DNA from: Anthoceros angustus
Taxonomy: Eukaryota > Plantae > Anthocerotophyta
Assembly (NCBI GenBank): GCA_010909165.1
Contig: MU008157.1
Coordinates: 186,001 to 250,000, forward strand
DNA: 64,000 nt
Reading direction: 5' to 3'
The notes beneath the pieces were generated by a model. That model was not told where the DNA came from and made no database searches. It was given only the letters and a program-made list of their open reading frames with translations. Shown one piece after another: positions 35,959 to 48,600 of this stretch (position 1 is the stretch's first letter; every line of letters begins with the position of its first letter). The translations under genes were made by a program, and so were the position numbers.

Positions 35959-38900
35959 CTTGGGATGGGGTAGTGGGAGCCTCTAGGGCAGGCAAATGTA
36001 ACCGCAACTCCAACTACAGTATGTGGGGGTGTTGGTCACAGGGTGTGATTTTGACGGCTGCATACCGTGTAAAAGTTTTCAATACGCGGTCCCCGATTTT
36101 AGTTCAGTGAGGTTGTGAATACGTTTAATCGCCCACATCCCACAGAGTAGCCACGTATGCACACGCATATGTACTGTATGTACATCGGTCGTCCGTGAAA
36201 ATGCTCCAAGCATTTTGGAACATGGCCCGATCTGGAGCAGGATGCCAAAATGCCGACGTGGGCCCCGTGGATGAATCGATGTACCCATCCGCGTATTCTA
36301 TTGTACCGAGAAATTCCTGGCTCCAGTAGCAGCAGAGTGGAGCACAGAAATGATCGGGCGGGCTATGGAGGTCCGAGCATGGGAAGTTGGGAGGGATAGT
36401 ACAGGCACAGGCGCTAGTGGGGCTGACGCCTGACGGGGCCGATGGCACGCGCCGTCTGTCGACGGCAACACGACATCCACCACAGTCGACACCAGGAAAC
36501 GGTCAATGCAATGCATGTAACGGAGGACGGGACGGGACACGGAGCCAAATCCGGGGGCAGCGCGATCGCCGCCGGCGTGAATGCTGATTCGCTTGCCCCC
36601 CACGCCACCCGAGAAATGGGACATACACTGTGTATGTTTTTGTACCGGAACCCACAATCGAGACTCTCTCCTCGATCATGCTGCCGGACTTCTGGCACAA
36701 GTACTACCGAGATGATGCACCCGATTTGTGTCTGCTGTGCCCCTGCCTGTGCCCCTGCCTGTGCCCCTCTGCCTGCGGGAAGAATGTGGCTCTGTGATCG
36801 CAAGAGCCGAATCTGTGATGCGATGCGGCCCTGCAGATACATTGAGGCCTATCACTGATGGAAGCCAGGGAGGCGTCACGCCGTCCGAGGGACTCCACAC
36901 CCAGCACCCACCAACATGGGCTTGGAGTTTTTTACGGCTGCACCAGATTTACGCCTGAGCGCCGCTCGGTGTCGTAAGTCGTAAACTGGATGCACAGTAC
37001 GTTATCACGTTGTAAGGCTCTACCTATTCTATATTATATTATTTTTAAAAAAATAATTAATTATTATTAATATAATCCATGTAAAATACATCGCATGCAT
37101 CATATATAAAATATTATATGTGACTTATCTCCTAGTCATGTGTGTTTTGATCTATTTCACATTATTATCCACCCACGAGTGATCAATGAGATCAATATGA
37201 GTTCCACCGGATGTATGTATGTAGTAATATATATGGAATATTATTTGAGTTATAAACAAAATTAAGATACGTGATGCTGTTATAAATGATCTACTTACTT
37301 AAGTGAGATCTACCACAGTGATCCAATGTGAGCTGACGATTTTTTATTTCCATTTTTCACTACTAGGAAGAATCCATCCCTATTCAAATATAGATCCGCC
37401 CCAAGGATGCTTAGGTAGGTGGAGTTGAGAACACCACAATGTTGGTGTAGTGGTGTTGGTGTGTCCAAGACATCTTCATGGAAAGCCATGATCTCAGGGA
37501 CATGTCGACCTTAGAGCCTGGAATTCCTTCATTTCATTGCTGTGTGCCTCTTCTTCCATAGAAGAAGAAGAAGAATTTTATTTGAGTCCACTAAGGACGG
37601 ATTTCCGTCATGGGACTTGGTACTTGACAACTTGTACCATGGTGTGCTTAAGCTACTTGCACCAAGGGCATCCATTCCCTTTAAGCACCCCATCTAAGTA
37701 CCGATCTAAGCTCAGGATGCTTAATCACGGCGTTCTTATCAATGTGTGTCCATTTGGCCTAAGCCATTTGGACACACATACCATGTCACATATACCATGA
37801 ACCAAAAACAATACTACCGAGGATTATGAAGTGCGGAGTTGGGAACTCTGTAATTATATTGGTGTGTCCAAGTTATGTAATTATATTGGTGTGTCCAAGT
37901 TCTCTTTCAACGTACGGACATGGAAACTCACGATCCAAGGATACAAGGACATGTGGACTTTGGAGGTGTGGGTATTCCTTCATTGCACACCTTCCCTTCT
38001 TTCATTCTATATCACACATACTGTGGCCCAAAGACAAGGACGACGTCACCATAATGAATAAGTTGCATGTACTAGGCTATTGCTTTCCTGGAATAAGGAG
38101 CTATATTAAAACTTAATAAAATAAATAAAAAAAGATTGATGAAATTAGGTACACTATAATAGCTAGTGATAGCGCCAGGTGACCAAGAGAGAGTACATAC
38201 ATACTGTAAAGTGAAGTGCGATATTTGAGGCGTGATGATGGTGTGACTGGTGCACATGCTCGTCGGAGGCTCACACGCCTAGCCGCAGCTTACAGCAGGT
38301 TGCGAAAACGTAGGGCACCAATATTTATAATGGCAGGCCGTGGGCATGTGAGTGCTCCTCAATGCCCGACCAGGCCTCCGCTGCGGGCTGGCTGCGGGCA
38401 CCGGGCGCCGGCACGTGAAACGCCCACATCTCATCGCAATCATGGCATGTGCTCCCGCCGCCGCCCAAGTTGGGTTTAACTTGCTAATTCCACTTCTTAG
38501 CTAGCTCGCCTTAGCCTTAGCCTTGGCCTTAGCTTGTGCGCCTCCCGTGCCTAACATACAAGCCAACGTCTTAGGAAAGAGGAAGAAAAGAAGCGTTCTT
38601 TTGGATCGTGAATGCAACAAAAACAAGTGTAGGTAGGTAGGTAGGTGTCCGGCGGGCTGGGGAATGGGGACTGGGTAGTGGCCGACGGCCAAGAAGCAAA
38701 ATAATGAAATCCATTGTCGAAAATTTGAAATCGGGCTATATATGCAAGCGTACATTTAATAGGTGTGTAGAATCTTCAAAGAAAGCTGTAGGCCGCGAAA
38801 CACTCGCCTGAGCTCGCAAATCCGGCTCCGAGTCCCGGCAGCTCATCAGCTCGCAGTCTGTCTGCTTTCCTTTCCTTTCCCTTCCTGCGCTCTCTTCCGC

Positions 38901-39305
38901 GCTGGCTGCTGCGTCTGGCCTGCGCTCGGTACGCGCCTTTTAATCCCTTTGTTGGTTTTCGTTGCCTTCTTCTAGTTCCTCGTCGTCTTTCGCCTTGACT
39001 CTTTGTGCTCCGTGTCTGGTGCTGTGCTTGGCAGTGGGACAGCACACAGACCCCGTCCTCGGCCCGCTCGAAGCCCCATCGTGCCCGCCTGCTGCTGCTG
39101 CTGCTGCTGCTCCTGGAGCAATTGGAAATTTTCGATTGGGACTGGGTTTCCGCTGCTTGGCGTGGATGTGTGTCTCGGGCTGGATGAAACTGCTTCCGCG
39201 GCCGCGCCTTCTGCCCCACACTTGCACCTCCTGCTCCGCCAAGTGCTTCCGCCTCAGGATTGTCTGATCCCTGCAAAGGGCCGGGTGCTGGAAAGCCAGC
39301 CACCC

Positions 39306-39375
39306 AATTCCTGTATGCGCCACCTCCGTCTGTGGCCGCCGCTCTGCAGGCTTGCTGCCCTCTGCCTGCCAATTC
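39306..39375 (+). promoter_or_regulatory. Candidate conserved-peptide uORF core in the PAO 5' leader
   Basis: NSCMRHLRLWPPLCRL resembles my recollection of the core of the angiosperm PAO2/PAO3 CPuORF. ATG at 39315, and further upstream ATGs at 39166 and 39183 in another frame. Not verified by alignment. Confidence 0.45.
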
Positions 39376-39602
39376 TCGCCGCTTTCTGCATCGGGGCGTG
39401 GCTGCTGCCCGTTTCAGTCCGCACGCTCTTCCTGCTCCCGCTCTGCGCCCGGCTCGGCGCCGGAGCCCGCGCTCCCGACTGTACCCCCTTCCTCTCCCTC
39501 CTCCTCCTCCCGTCCTGCTCCCTGCTCCTGCTCTGCTTCTCCTGCCGCCGCGCGCCCTCGCCGCACAAGCATCACCACTGGAGGACCTCAAGTGCGGCAC
39601 AG

Positions 39603-42233
39603 ATGGCGCCCACGGATCGCTCCTTGGAGCCTGGTATGTCTCCCATTCCTCACTCTCTCAATTCCTGCTAATGTCACTCACATCCAGGTGCTGGAATCTC
39701 CAATGCTTCTGGAGCAGCAGCAGGATTTTGTTACCTTCTCTGCATTCTGCAATTCCTTCATCCTGTCGTTGCCCTATGTTGCGTCTGGGGCGGTGTCGAT
39801 CCGCCGCTCCAGCCTCATTGGCCGCGGCTTCTTGTCTCTCTGCTAACTAGAATTTTGTAGAGTGCAGCTCCTTGTTCTTTGCTGTTGGGGGCGGACTCTT
39901 GTCTTTCTGTACTCGTAATAGGAGGGGGGATGGCGGGCCTGGCTGCGGCTCGTGAGCTACAAAACGCCTCTTTCAAGGTAACTTCAGCCCTGCCAGCACC
40001 TGCTGTGTGTCAAGGCATGAATGGCGCTGCAAACCTGTCTGGACTCACTCTCCTTTTGGCTGGACGATGCAGGTCACGGTGTTAGAATCTCGGGATCGCG
40101 TTGGCGGTCGTGTATATACTGACTATTCCTTTGGTTTCCCTGTCGACATGGGTGCATCATGGTGAGAGATTGCTTCCATTTTACAACCACACTCGTTGCC
40201 GCCCGTCGCAGCTCTCAGGGCCAGAAGTAATTGGACTTACCTCATCATCTGATGCTTTTGTTTGTGGCAGGCTGCATGGTGTATGTAGAGCCAACCCTCT
40301 GGCATCCCTCGTTTCTAGGCTAAGGTTACCTATGTATCGAACAAGCGGAGACAACTCTGTCCTTTACGATCATGATCTCGAAAGGTACTCACTGTTCGGA
40401 TCCAAAGCGCTCCTTCTCAGTTTCTGGGTGCTCTGGAGGGTTAGGGAGTGGATGTACCATGGTGTGTATGGTTGATTTCAGCTTAATCGTGTTTGGTTTG
40501 TGCGTGCAGTTATGCACTTTTTGACATGGATGGCCACCAGGTCCCTCAAAAGCTTGTGGCTGAAGTTGGAGTAGCTTTCGAGTCTCTTTTGGAAGAGGTA
40601 ATATCCTGATAGTGGTGAAGTCTGCTGACCCTCATTCCATAGTGTTTGCTTAGCGTTTTTTTTCTCTCTCTTGAAGTCAAAGTTTGATTCAGGCGATGTG
40701 AAGCCTGGTTCATATAAGTTGATATGGTTGCTTGAGATGTGTTTTTCACACCTTTGTCCACTTCGCTGGCCATCAGACAAAGAGAATACGAGATGAATTT
40801 CCTGCCGACATGTCTGTTATGGACGCATTTGACATAGTGCTGAAGAAGCGCCCAGACTTGAGGTGGGTACCAATTTGTCTGGATCTTGTAGTTCATGCGA
40901 GAGAGTCTCTTTCCATATTGCTTGTTACACGTCATCTTCAAAACATGTTGGATTATCAGCGACTGACGTTTCTGTTCTTAGATGCAGGCAGGAGGGCCTC
41001 GCCTACAAGGTCATGCAGTGGTACTTGTGTCGGATGGAGGGCTGGTTTGCAGCTGATGCTGACAGGATTTCTGTCCAGAGCTGGGATGAGGTACAGACAG
41101 CCACTTTTTCTACTTACCCAGGGTTGGGGGGGTTCTGTCACGAGATCTTCTTGAACGTTTCTCTGTCTAACCATTTCTTGGACCTTTCTAGGAAGAGCTG
41201 TTGGAGGGTGGCCATGGCCTGATGGTGACGGGCTATTCACCAGTTGTAGCAGCTTTGTCTGAAGGCCTTGATGTTCGACTCAATCACAGGTACTTGAGCG
41301 GGCTTAGATCTACCTGGCAGGCTTACGATGCTGACTTATGTTTCTATGTCGTTGTTGCTTTGAATTCTGCAATAATGGTTTTCCTTGCTGTTGGAACAGG
41401 ATATCAAAGGTGGTGTACCGACATCATGGGGTGCGGGCCATCACTGAAGATGGCAAGGTGTTTGACGCTGATGCAGCAGTGATTGCTGTTCCCCTGGGTG
41501 TTCTAAAAGCAAACATCATACAATTTGAACCCCGATTACCTGACTGGAAACAGTCAGCCATTGAGGACTTGGGAGTTGGGAATGAGAATAAGATAGCTCT
41601 GTACTTTGAGACTGTTTGCTGGCCGAATGTGGAGTTTCTTGGAGTGGTTGCCCCTACCTCATATGGGTGCAGCTACTTCTTGAACCTGCATAAGGCAACA
41701 GGGCACCCTGTCCTTGTGTACATGCCAGCTGGGCGTTTGGCAAACGACATTGAGAAACTTTCAGATGAGGCTGCGGCGAGCTTTGCAGTGTTGCAACTGA
41801 AGAAAATTTTACCTGATGCGTCTGAGCCTGTGAGTTTTTTTTGATCTGAGTGCCTCGAACCTGGTCGTATTCTGTGATGGTTTGTATCTGAGCTCACACC
41901 AGACTGTTGGGTATTTCACAGATACGCTATCTTGTCTCGCATTGGGGTTCGGATCTGAGTTCACTGGGCTGTTACAGTTATGATGCTGTTGGGAAGCCCC
42001 ATGATTTGTATGACAGACTTCGTGCACCTGTAGAAAATCTCTACTTTGCAGGAGAAGCAACCAGTCGGACTTTTCCTGGCACAGTGCATGGTGCGTTCTC
42101 AACAGGGGTGATGGCTGCTGAGGACTGTCGGAGGCGATTTGCAGAACACCATAGAGAACTGGAGCTCTTTCAACCTGTCATGGCAGAAGATGTTGCAAAC
42201 GAATCGATACCTTTGCAAATTTCACGAATGTGA
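39603..42233 (+). CDS. PAO: Peroxisomal polyamine oxidase (PAO2/3/4 clade, multi-exon)
   Basis: FAD motif [62 protein letters not shown] and C-terminal PTS1 LQISRM. Confidence 0.96.
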
Positions 42234-42909
42234 TGACATCTTTTCCCATGCGAGGTACTAAGACTATCACCGGAAGAGGAGTTCCGGTGACATTCCATTG
42301 CTAAGTAATAGATAATCTAACACGTGGGAAGGGCTTCCGAGGGTGTTGTACAATAGACAAGTCTGCTTGTACACTTCTACTGAACCTCCAGGGCATTTCC
42401 AGCATAAGAACCCGGAAGCCCTTGGTAATTGTCCAGGGCGCAAGCTCTGGGCGTGTAGACTACTAAAGCTGGTGGTGTCTAACCCAACCATTATGCCCTT
42501 GTTGTTGAACAGGCAAGTAGCTGCCTTGTGAACCTCGTTGGTAGGTTGTATATGTTCATTCATTCTATTTCTTCAGCACAACATTGCAATCTGCATAGGT
42601 GCTGTACTACTGTTGTGAAACGAATTTTGGCAATCCTTGAAACCGCAACTATTTCTCGTGGTTATAATGTGGCAGAAAAACTTGTTAAGGTTATAGTATG
42701 AATCGTATTCAAGGCTCAAAGCCGCTTTCCAATGCGGGTTTAGTTTGTACCACGCTACTCACATTCCCAAATGTGTTTTGGGCCTCTCCTCCGCTTTCAC
42801 ATTTGGCTGTACAATTTGGTCTAGGTACGGGTTGCTGATGGTGCCCTCACCCAATAACGCTCGTCACTCGTAGTCTCTATTCCTTGCTACAGCTTCTTTT
42901 CCCAAGAAC

Positions 42910-43510
42910 CTCCGTTTCGAGTCAGTGAGTGCGTGGGCCTCCATTTCGAGTCAGTGAGTGCATGAGCCTCCGTTTCGAGTAGGTGAGTCTATGGGATGCT
43001 TAAGCCATGTTTATATTGAACCTGCGTTTCGAGTCAGTGAGTGCGTGGGCCTCCATTTCGAGTCAGTGAGTGCATGAGCCTCCGTTTCGAGTAGGTGAGT
43101 CTATGGGATGCTTAAGCCATGTTTATATTTATTTCGCGATATGGAAAGCACCCTAAACCATTTCTATGGAATCCTTTTTGGCCGCATGGAAAGCACTTTT
43201 ATATCCACTGAAAATTTCCTGTAGATAAGCCTCATATAAGCACTTGTATATCCACTGAAAATTTTCTATAGATAAGCCTTATGTAAGCACTTGTATATCC
43301 ACTGAAAATTTCCACTGGATAAGCCTCATGTAAGCACTTTGTATATCCGCTGAAAATTTCCACTGGATAAGCCTCATATAAGATATTATGATTAGCATTA
43401 GGTAGTGTTCTCATTCATCCTCCAGTCCTCTTTCAGTGAAAAGGTAAAATTGGTGCTAGTGTTCTCATTCATCCTCCAGTCCTCTTTCAATGAAAAGGTA
43501 AAATTGGTGC
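42910..43510. repeat. Cluster of tandem repeats (about 115 bp x2, about 45 bp x4, about 54 bp x2)
   Basis: CGTTTCGAGTCAGTGAGTGC units, TATATCCACTGAAAATTTCC..GATAAGCC units and TAGTGTTCTCATTCATCCTCCAGTCC units. Confidence 0.9.
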
Positions 43511-45524
43511 TCCAAAAATGATTAGCTGTAGGTAGTGTTCATCCTCGTCCATGAGGTATGAACAGGCAAACAAGCTGTAATGCTCCTTTACCAAGCTTGG
43601 TTTCCCTTCAGCCATTCTTCAAGTTAGCGCTTGGTCAAAATAAGTTGTAGAATGAAATATTTCACGGGCTCAACTTGTAACACTAGGGAATGCTAGGGTG
43701 CCTAGTTACAACACTAGGAAACAAGAGGGTGCACAAGAGGGAGCAAGCAAGGATAAAAGATTCCAGAAGTCAACTTGGAACACTAGGGAGCACGCAAGGA
43801 TGAAATATTTCACAGACTCAACTTGGAACGCTCTAAAGACACTTTGAAGTACAATGGCCATCACAAGGACAAAAAAAGAATTTGATAGATTAGAGTTGCA
43901 AAATAACAAACACTTGCAATTTGCGTGGAGTTTTGTTTGTTTCCTTGTATAGCGGTGTCCGCTTTTCGCCCTTTCGGTTGTGTGCCTTGCATTTCGTGTT
44001 ATACGTGTCTTCTCTTTCGTTTATCTCGGCCGAGCGCCCTGCCACATTTTGTTTAATTTTTGTTTCAGAGCGTATGATACGAGCTGTAAAGTTTTTTGTC
44101 AGCATGATTAATAAGTGTTGTTAGTGGAGGACATTGTGTAGTTGCCATGGTTGGCTCCAAGCGAAGGGTCATTTATTGAAATAGAAGTGGTCTAGCGTTT
44201 GCTGCAGGACATTGTGTAGTTGCCATGGTTGAGGACGTGTTGTTCCTAGTCCAACTCCGATGCTTCTCCTTAGCGGTCAGTTTATCAAAGTGGTATAGCA
44301 TGTCTGATTGCAGTTGCATGTTTGCATGTTTGGAAGCCTTTTTTTGATATATTGTTTGGTTTGGGGGGCATAGATAACGTATCTTCCCTTCAGCATTGAT
44401 GTAAAGTCTCTAAGTGTGGTTGTTGTGTATCTGATTCTGTGACTTATTTGATTCTGTTGCTTCTCTGTTCGTTTCCTTTCATTTCTTTTGCTATGTCTAG
44501 TGTTTTAGTCGCAAGTTGCTGGTTTGGCTGGTTTCAACGCTTATGCATCTCATTCCTAATCTGATGTTTTATATTGCAGGTAGTTGCAGACGACCGGTCT
44601 TATATTCTTCCATGTATTCCCTGATGCTACGTCCTGGCTAAGTTAGCCCTTTGTAGTCCATTTGCAACTTTGTAGTTTCATTTTCTATGCACCCTCGCAA
44701 AAAGAGGTTTCGATTGAACCCCGTTTCTTTCTCCGGGCTTTCTTGTGTGGTTACCCTATTGGTACATTCTACAACCAGAGTCCTTTTCTGAATCAATTTT
44801 CAGCTTTTGCTTTGTTTGACCGTTCTGTGCTTTCTGAATATGTTCTTGAGTTGCCTATTGATTCGAATTTTTCTTTGCAGATTGTGGAATGGGTTTTTGC
44901 ATCCGAAGACGCAAAGAGGCCACATTTACCCTCTATGTCGTTATAGTCCTAGGATTCGATCCCAAGGGAATGGTTTTGTGTCAGGATGTTCCAAACCTAT
45001 GGATTCTAGTCCTCCTACAATCGCCTACTACAATCAATCATCACGTGTCCGATCCCACGACTGTGGTAAGTTCGACCACCGCTGGTAGATTCGGCCACCG
45101 CCGTGGTGGATTCCGCCACCGCCGTGGGTGGTTCGGCCACTGCGGTGGCTGATCCAGCCCCTGTGGTGGGACCCACCCGACCCGCGCGCGCGCGCGTCGC
45201 GATCGACTATTTGGCGCCCGGTTCCCCTGCTACGCTCGTTAAGGGCTATGATCCTATGCACACAGGTTCACATGTACACCAAGTCACACTCATGTGGATT
45301 CACACCCAGAGCACATTGGTGGATGCGCACCATGGCCCCGCACGTCATGCACCTCACCCGTCCACGATTTCCTCGACCCCACAATTTATTCCCAACCTTC
45401 CTGCCCGTTTTTTCCCGACTTGCGCCAAGACTTCCTAGACTCTCCTTCAGACAACGACTCACTCACCCCCTTTCTTCTAGGACCTCATACACCACCGCGC
45501 ACAAGATGCTCCCACAGATCCCCC

Positions 45525-45675
45525 TCTCTTAGGCCACACAGACCTCTCTTGGGCCCTCCCTCCTTGGGCCACATGACCCCTCCTTAGGCCACAGACCTCA
45601 CCTTGGGCCCTCCTTGGGCCACATGACCCTCCTGTCACACAGACCTCACCTTGGGCCACCAGACCCTTCCTTGGG
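45525..45675. repeat. Short tandem array of CCTTGGGCC / CACAGACCTC motifs
   Basis: Directly visible degenerate repeats. Confidence 0.75.
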
Positions 45676-48600
45676 ATTAGACACAACTGTTAGACAGTGG
45701 GTTGGGAAAGGAAAAACAGCTGGTGTCGGCTCCAGTGCGATTCACAGACACCCGCGATCTCACCCCCCCTCTGGAATTTCCCTCTCGGCATGCATTGAGC
45801 ACCCTTCACCACTAGTCACCCCGCGTGGAGCTTGGTCACTCGGCCTCGACCATCCAGGATCTCCCGGCCCTCTTGTGACGAGAGACTGACACCGAATCGG
45901 CCCGTCATCGATCGGATGTCTCCAACCAACCACGCGCACAAATTCGACACACGGAGCTCACAGAAATTGTTCATCAAGAGACACAAAGGGTCTCTTATAC
46001 ATCCAAATCATGCGAACACCATGACCACTCTTTTCTCTGTCTAAAAAAAATGGCTAACCTACCACGAGCGCACCTACCAATTCAGGCAACTACAGCTCCA
46101 TAGGCTTCCCTAACGCCTTATCCCCTAATCCGAGTGAAAGCCCCTGACCTATGATGCCACTCCCCTCTAAAATCAGCGCGCCCGCCTCCGCTATTGCTGC
46201 CTAGCCCTGCGGCCCATGGGTGTTCCCCTCACTCTCCTACCACGCCTCTGATCCGAAAAATTCTCCCTGAATATCTCCACCTCACTTGCGCTATCCGAGG
46301 TCCTTTCACGCCTTCCAGGAGGTGCCGCCCGTCTTCTGCCCCCGCGCACGTTGCCTCGCTCCTTATCACTGGACAGCCACACAGTGCGTTCCTCCTCCAC
46401 GCCCGCCTCCGCCATCTCCTCAAGCACAACTTGGAGGTATGCGCCTCCCCTGCTCAAGGAACCACTGTAGACGCCTGCGTGGGTTAGGATGCAGGTCGCC
46501 TCTCCGTCCCAACAACCACATACACACACACCATGCGTGCTGTGAACATGAGCACCCTCATCTAGACGCCGCTTCCCCCACGCTAGGGGTCCTTACCCTC
46601 TCCGTGGACAATCTGGCTCGCTCACCGGTTTGAGGGAGTTGCATCCTCCCAGTGCTCTGGCCGGGCTTCCTTCTTCCGCGACGGTGGCTGGCTCCACCAC
46701 CGGTGGTGTTTTCACCACTGCAGCGGGCATGCCTTCGGCCTGCCTCTCTTGACCCTGGCCCTAGCCTCATCTCTCTCCCGCTTATACCTCTCCGCTAGCT
46801 TCTTGAACTTCTCCAGCGGTGCCAGCGTCTCCACTTGTTCCTGGGCCCCTGTTGCTGAATGAAGGATCCCCCACCTTATATAGACAATTTTTATTCCTAA
46901 AAATCCCAAGGTCTAAGGACTCTCTGGCTTGTCATACACAGGTTCGAGGTCCAAGGACTAATTATTTGTAAAAGTAATATTGTCATGGGCCAAAGACCAC
47001 TTTTAGTATAAAAGGCCTTGCCTTGGACATTTCCTAAGCACCCCATCACACAAAACATAAGAAAAACAAAAAAAACATTCAAACCAACAGTCCAGGGAAG
47101 GGTTAGTGTACATGTGGTCTTCCACACAGATATATGCGACACAACGACTTTATTTTTTCTGTTATCCGTTCCTGCCATTCTAAACTACAGGTATCTCCTT
47201 CGTTGCCACTGACCTTTCAACTCATGTAAATCGTTTAAATGATTTCTCAGTTTGAATTTCATGTCTAAATTTGATGTTGCTTGCATGTCTTTGATCTGTG
47301 GGACTCTTCCGATTTGTTTCTTGTCAGTCTGTTAAGGATTCAGGTCCTAAGGTAGGAAATGGATAGTTGTATGTATATTTCATTACTTGAAGATTAGGCC
47401 TTGTTTAAAACTTCTCCTCTTGTTCGTGTTTGTAGGTCATTGCAACATCTGGAGGGTTGGCCTCCAATTTCTTTGGGGAAATATTCAAAAATGAGTCTGT
47501 ATGTTTAGCGATATGTGTCTGATTTTGCATGTAGCTCTTCAATATTTGTGAATAACCATGGTTTTTTTTTATTTTTGTTGGTTTTCCTGGGGTAATAATG
47601 GTCTCTTAATGTTTGTTGTTATTGGTTTTTTCCAAACCCCATCCTTGAGTGTGTCCATGTCCAGAGTGATAATGTCAAAGGTGTCAATTTGTCCCATATT
47701 CAACAAAAAGCGTAGGGGAGTGAAACAATTGTGTAGTTTTAAGATGTTTTTGCTGCCACCTTTGTTCCTATCGCTCTTGCCTTTGCCTCGATCATCTGAT
47801 CAACAACTTCTAAACCTCCCAGCATGTTTCACTTAGCATTCCTGGTTTTCAAGTAAGTGAAAGAGTCTTCTTGTTTTGCAGTAATGCTGCCAATATTTCT
47901 CTAACGTTACTTTGTTTTGCAGATGGCTCCAAATAGAAAACCTACTGGACCTGCTGGACTGGGAAAAAAAACAAGTACCTATCTCCGAAGTCATGTCAGA
48001 GCCCTTCACAAGACAATGTGTTAAGTCTGCAATTGCACATACTGCATGCAACCCACCCCCTCAAAGATGATGGTAGAATTGATGGCGTTCTTGTTCATAG
48101 TGAGGGAGCATATTTGGTGCCAATGAAGGCTTGTCTGAAGTTGCCAAGGCGCTTTTCTTCTAAGATGGCTGCTCGGTGCGCAGCCGAGTTTGCCCAGAAG
48201 AGAAGAAGCGTGGACACTCGACCTGTTCCCTTTTTGTAACTGAGAGGGGTGTTGTCTATGTTGATGAAAATGATTATTTGATTACTAACGATACCATGGT
48301 CCTCAATGCTGCCAAGGCATGTATGCAAACTGGAAGTGTCTGTGGGGCAGGCTTGGTGCAGCAGGTCAACCATGCGGCTACCTTGCATTCTCAGCTTGGT
48401 GAGTTTTCTATGCCTGTAGTTGTCCCTAACTCTGAAGTGATTCCTGATCAAGAATGCCTTGATATGTTTGAAAGATTGAGATGTGCGGAATCCAATCCTA
48501 AAGATGATTTTGCAATGGGCTTGGAAGAGATTGAGGACGAAGCTAATTTCAGAAAGCAGGGGTTTGAACAGTGTCTGCGCAATATTGGCGGATTCCGTTG

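Noticed and set aside
36010-37020. Possible MITE or TIR element (GC-rich island downstream of the kinase)
   Set aside because: Only weak, short inverted or direct matches and no TSD could be established.
38776-39600. 274-aa antisense ORF over the PAO leader
   Set aside because: GC-rich low-complexity leader with a (CTG)n tract and no protein features.
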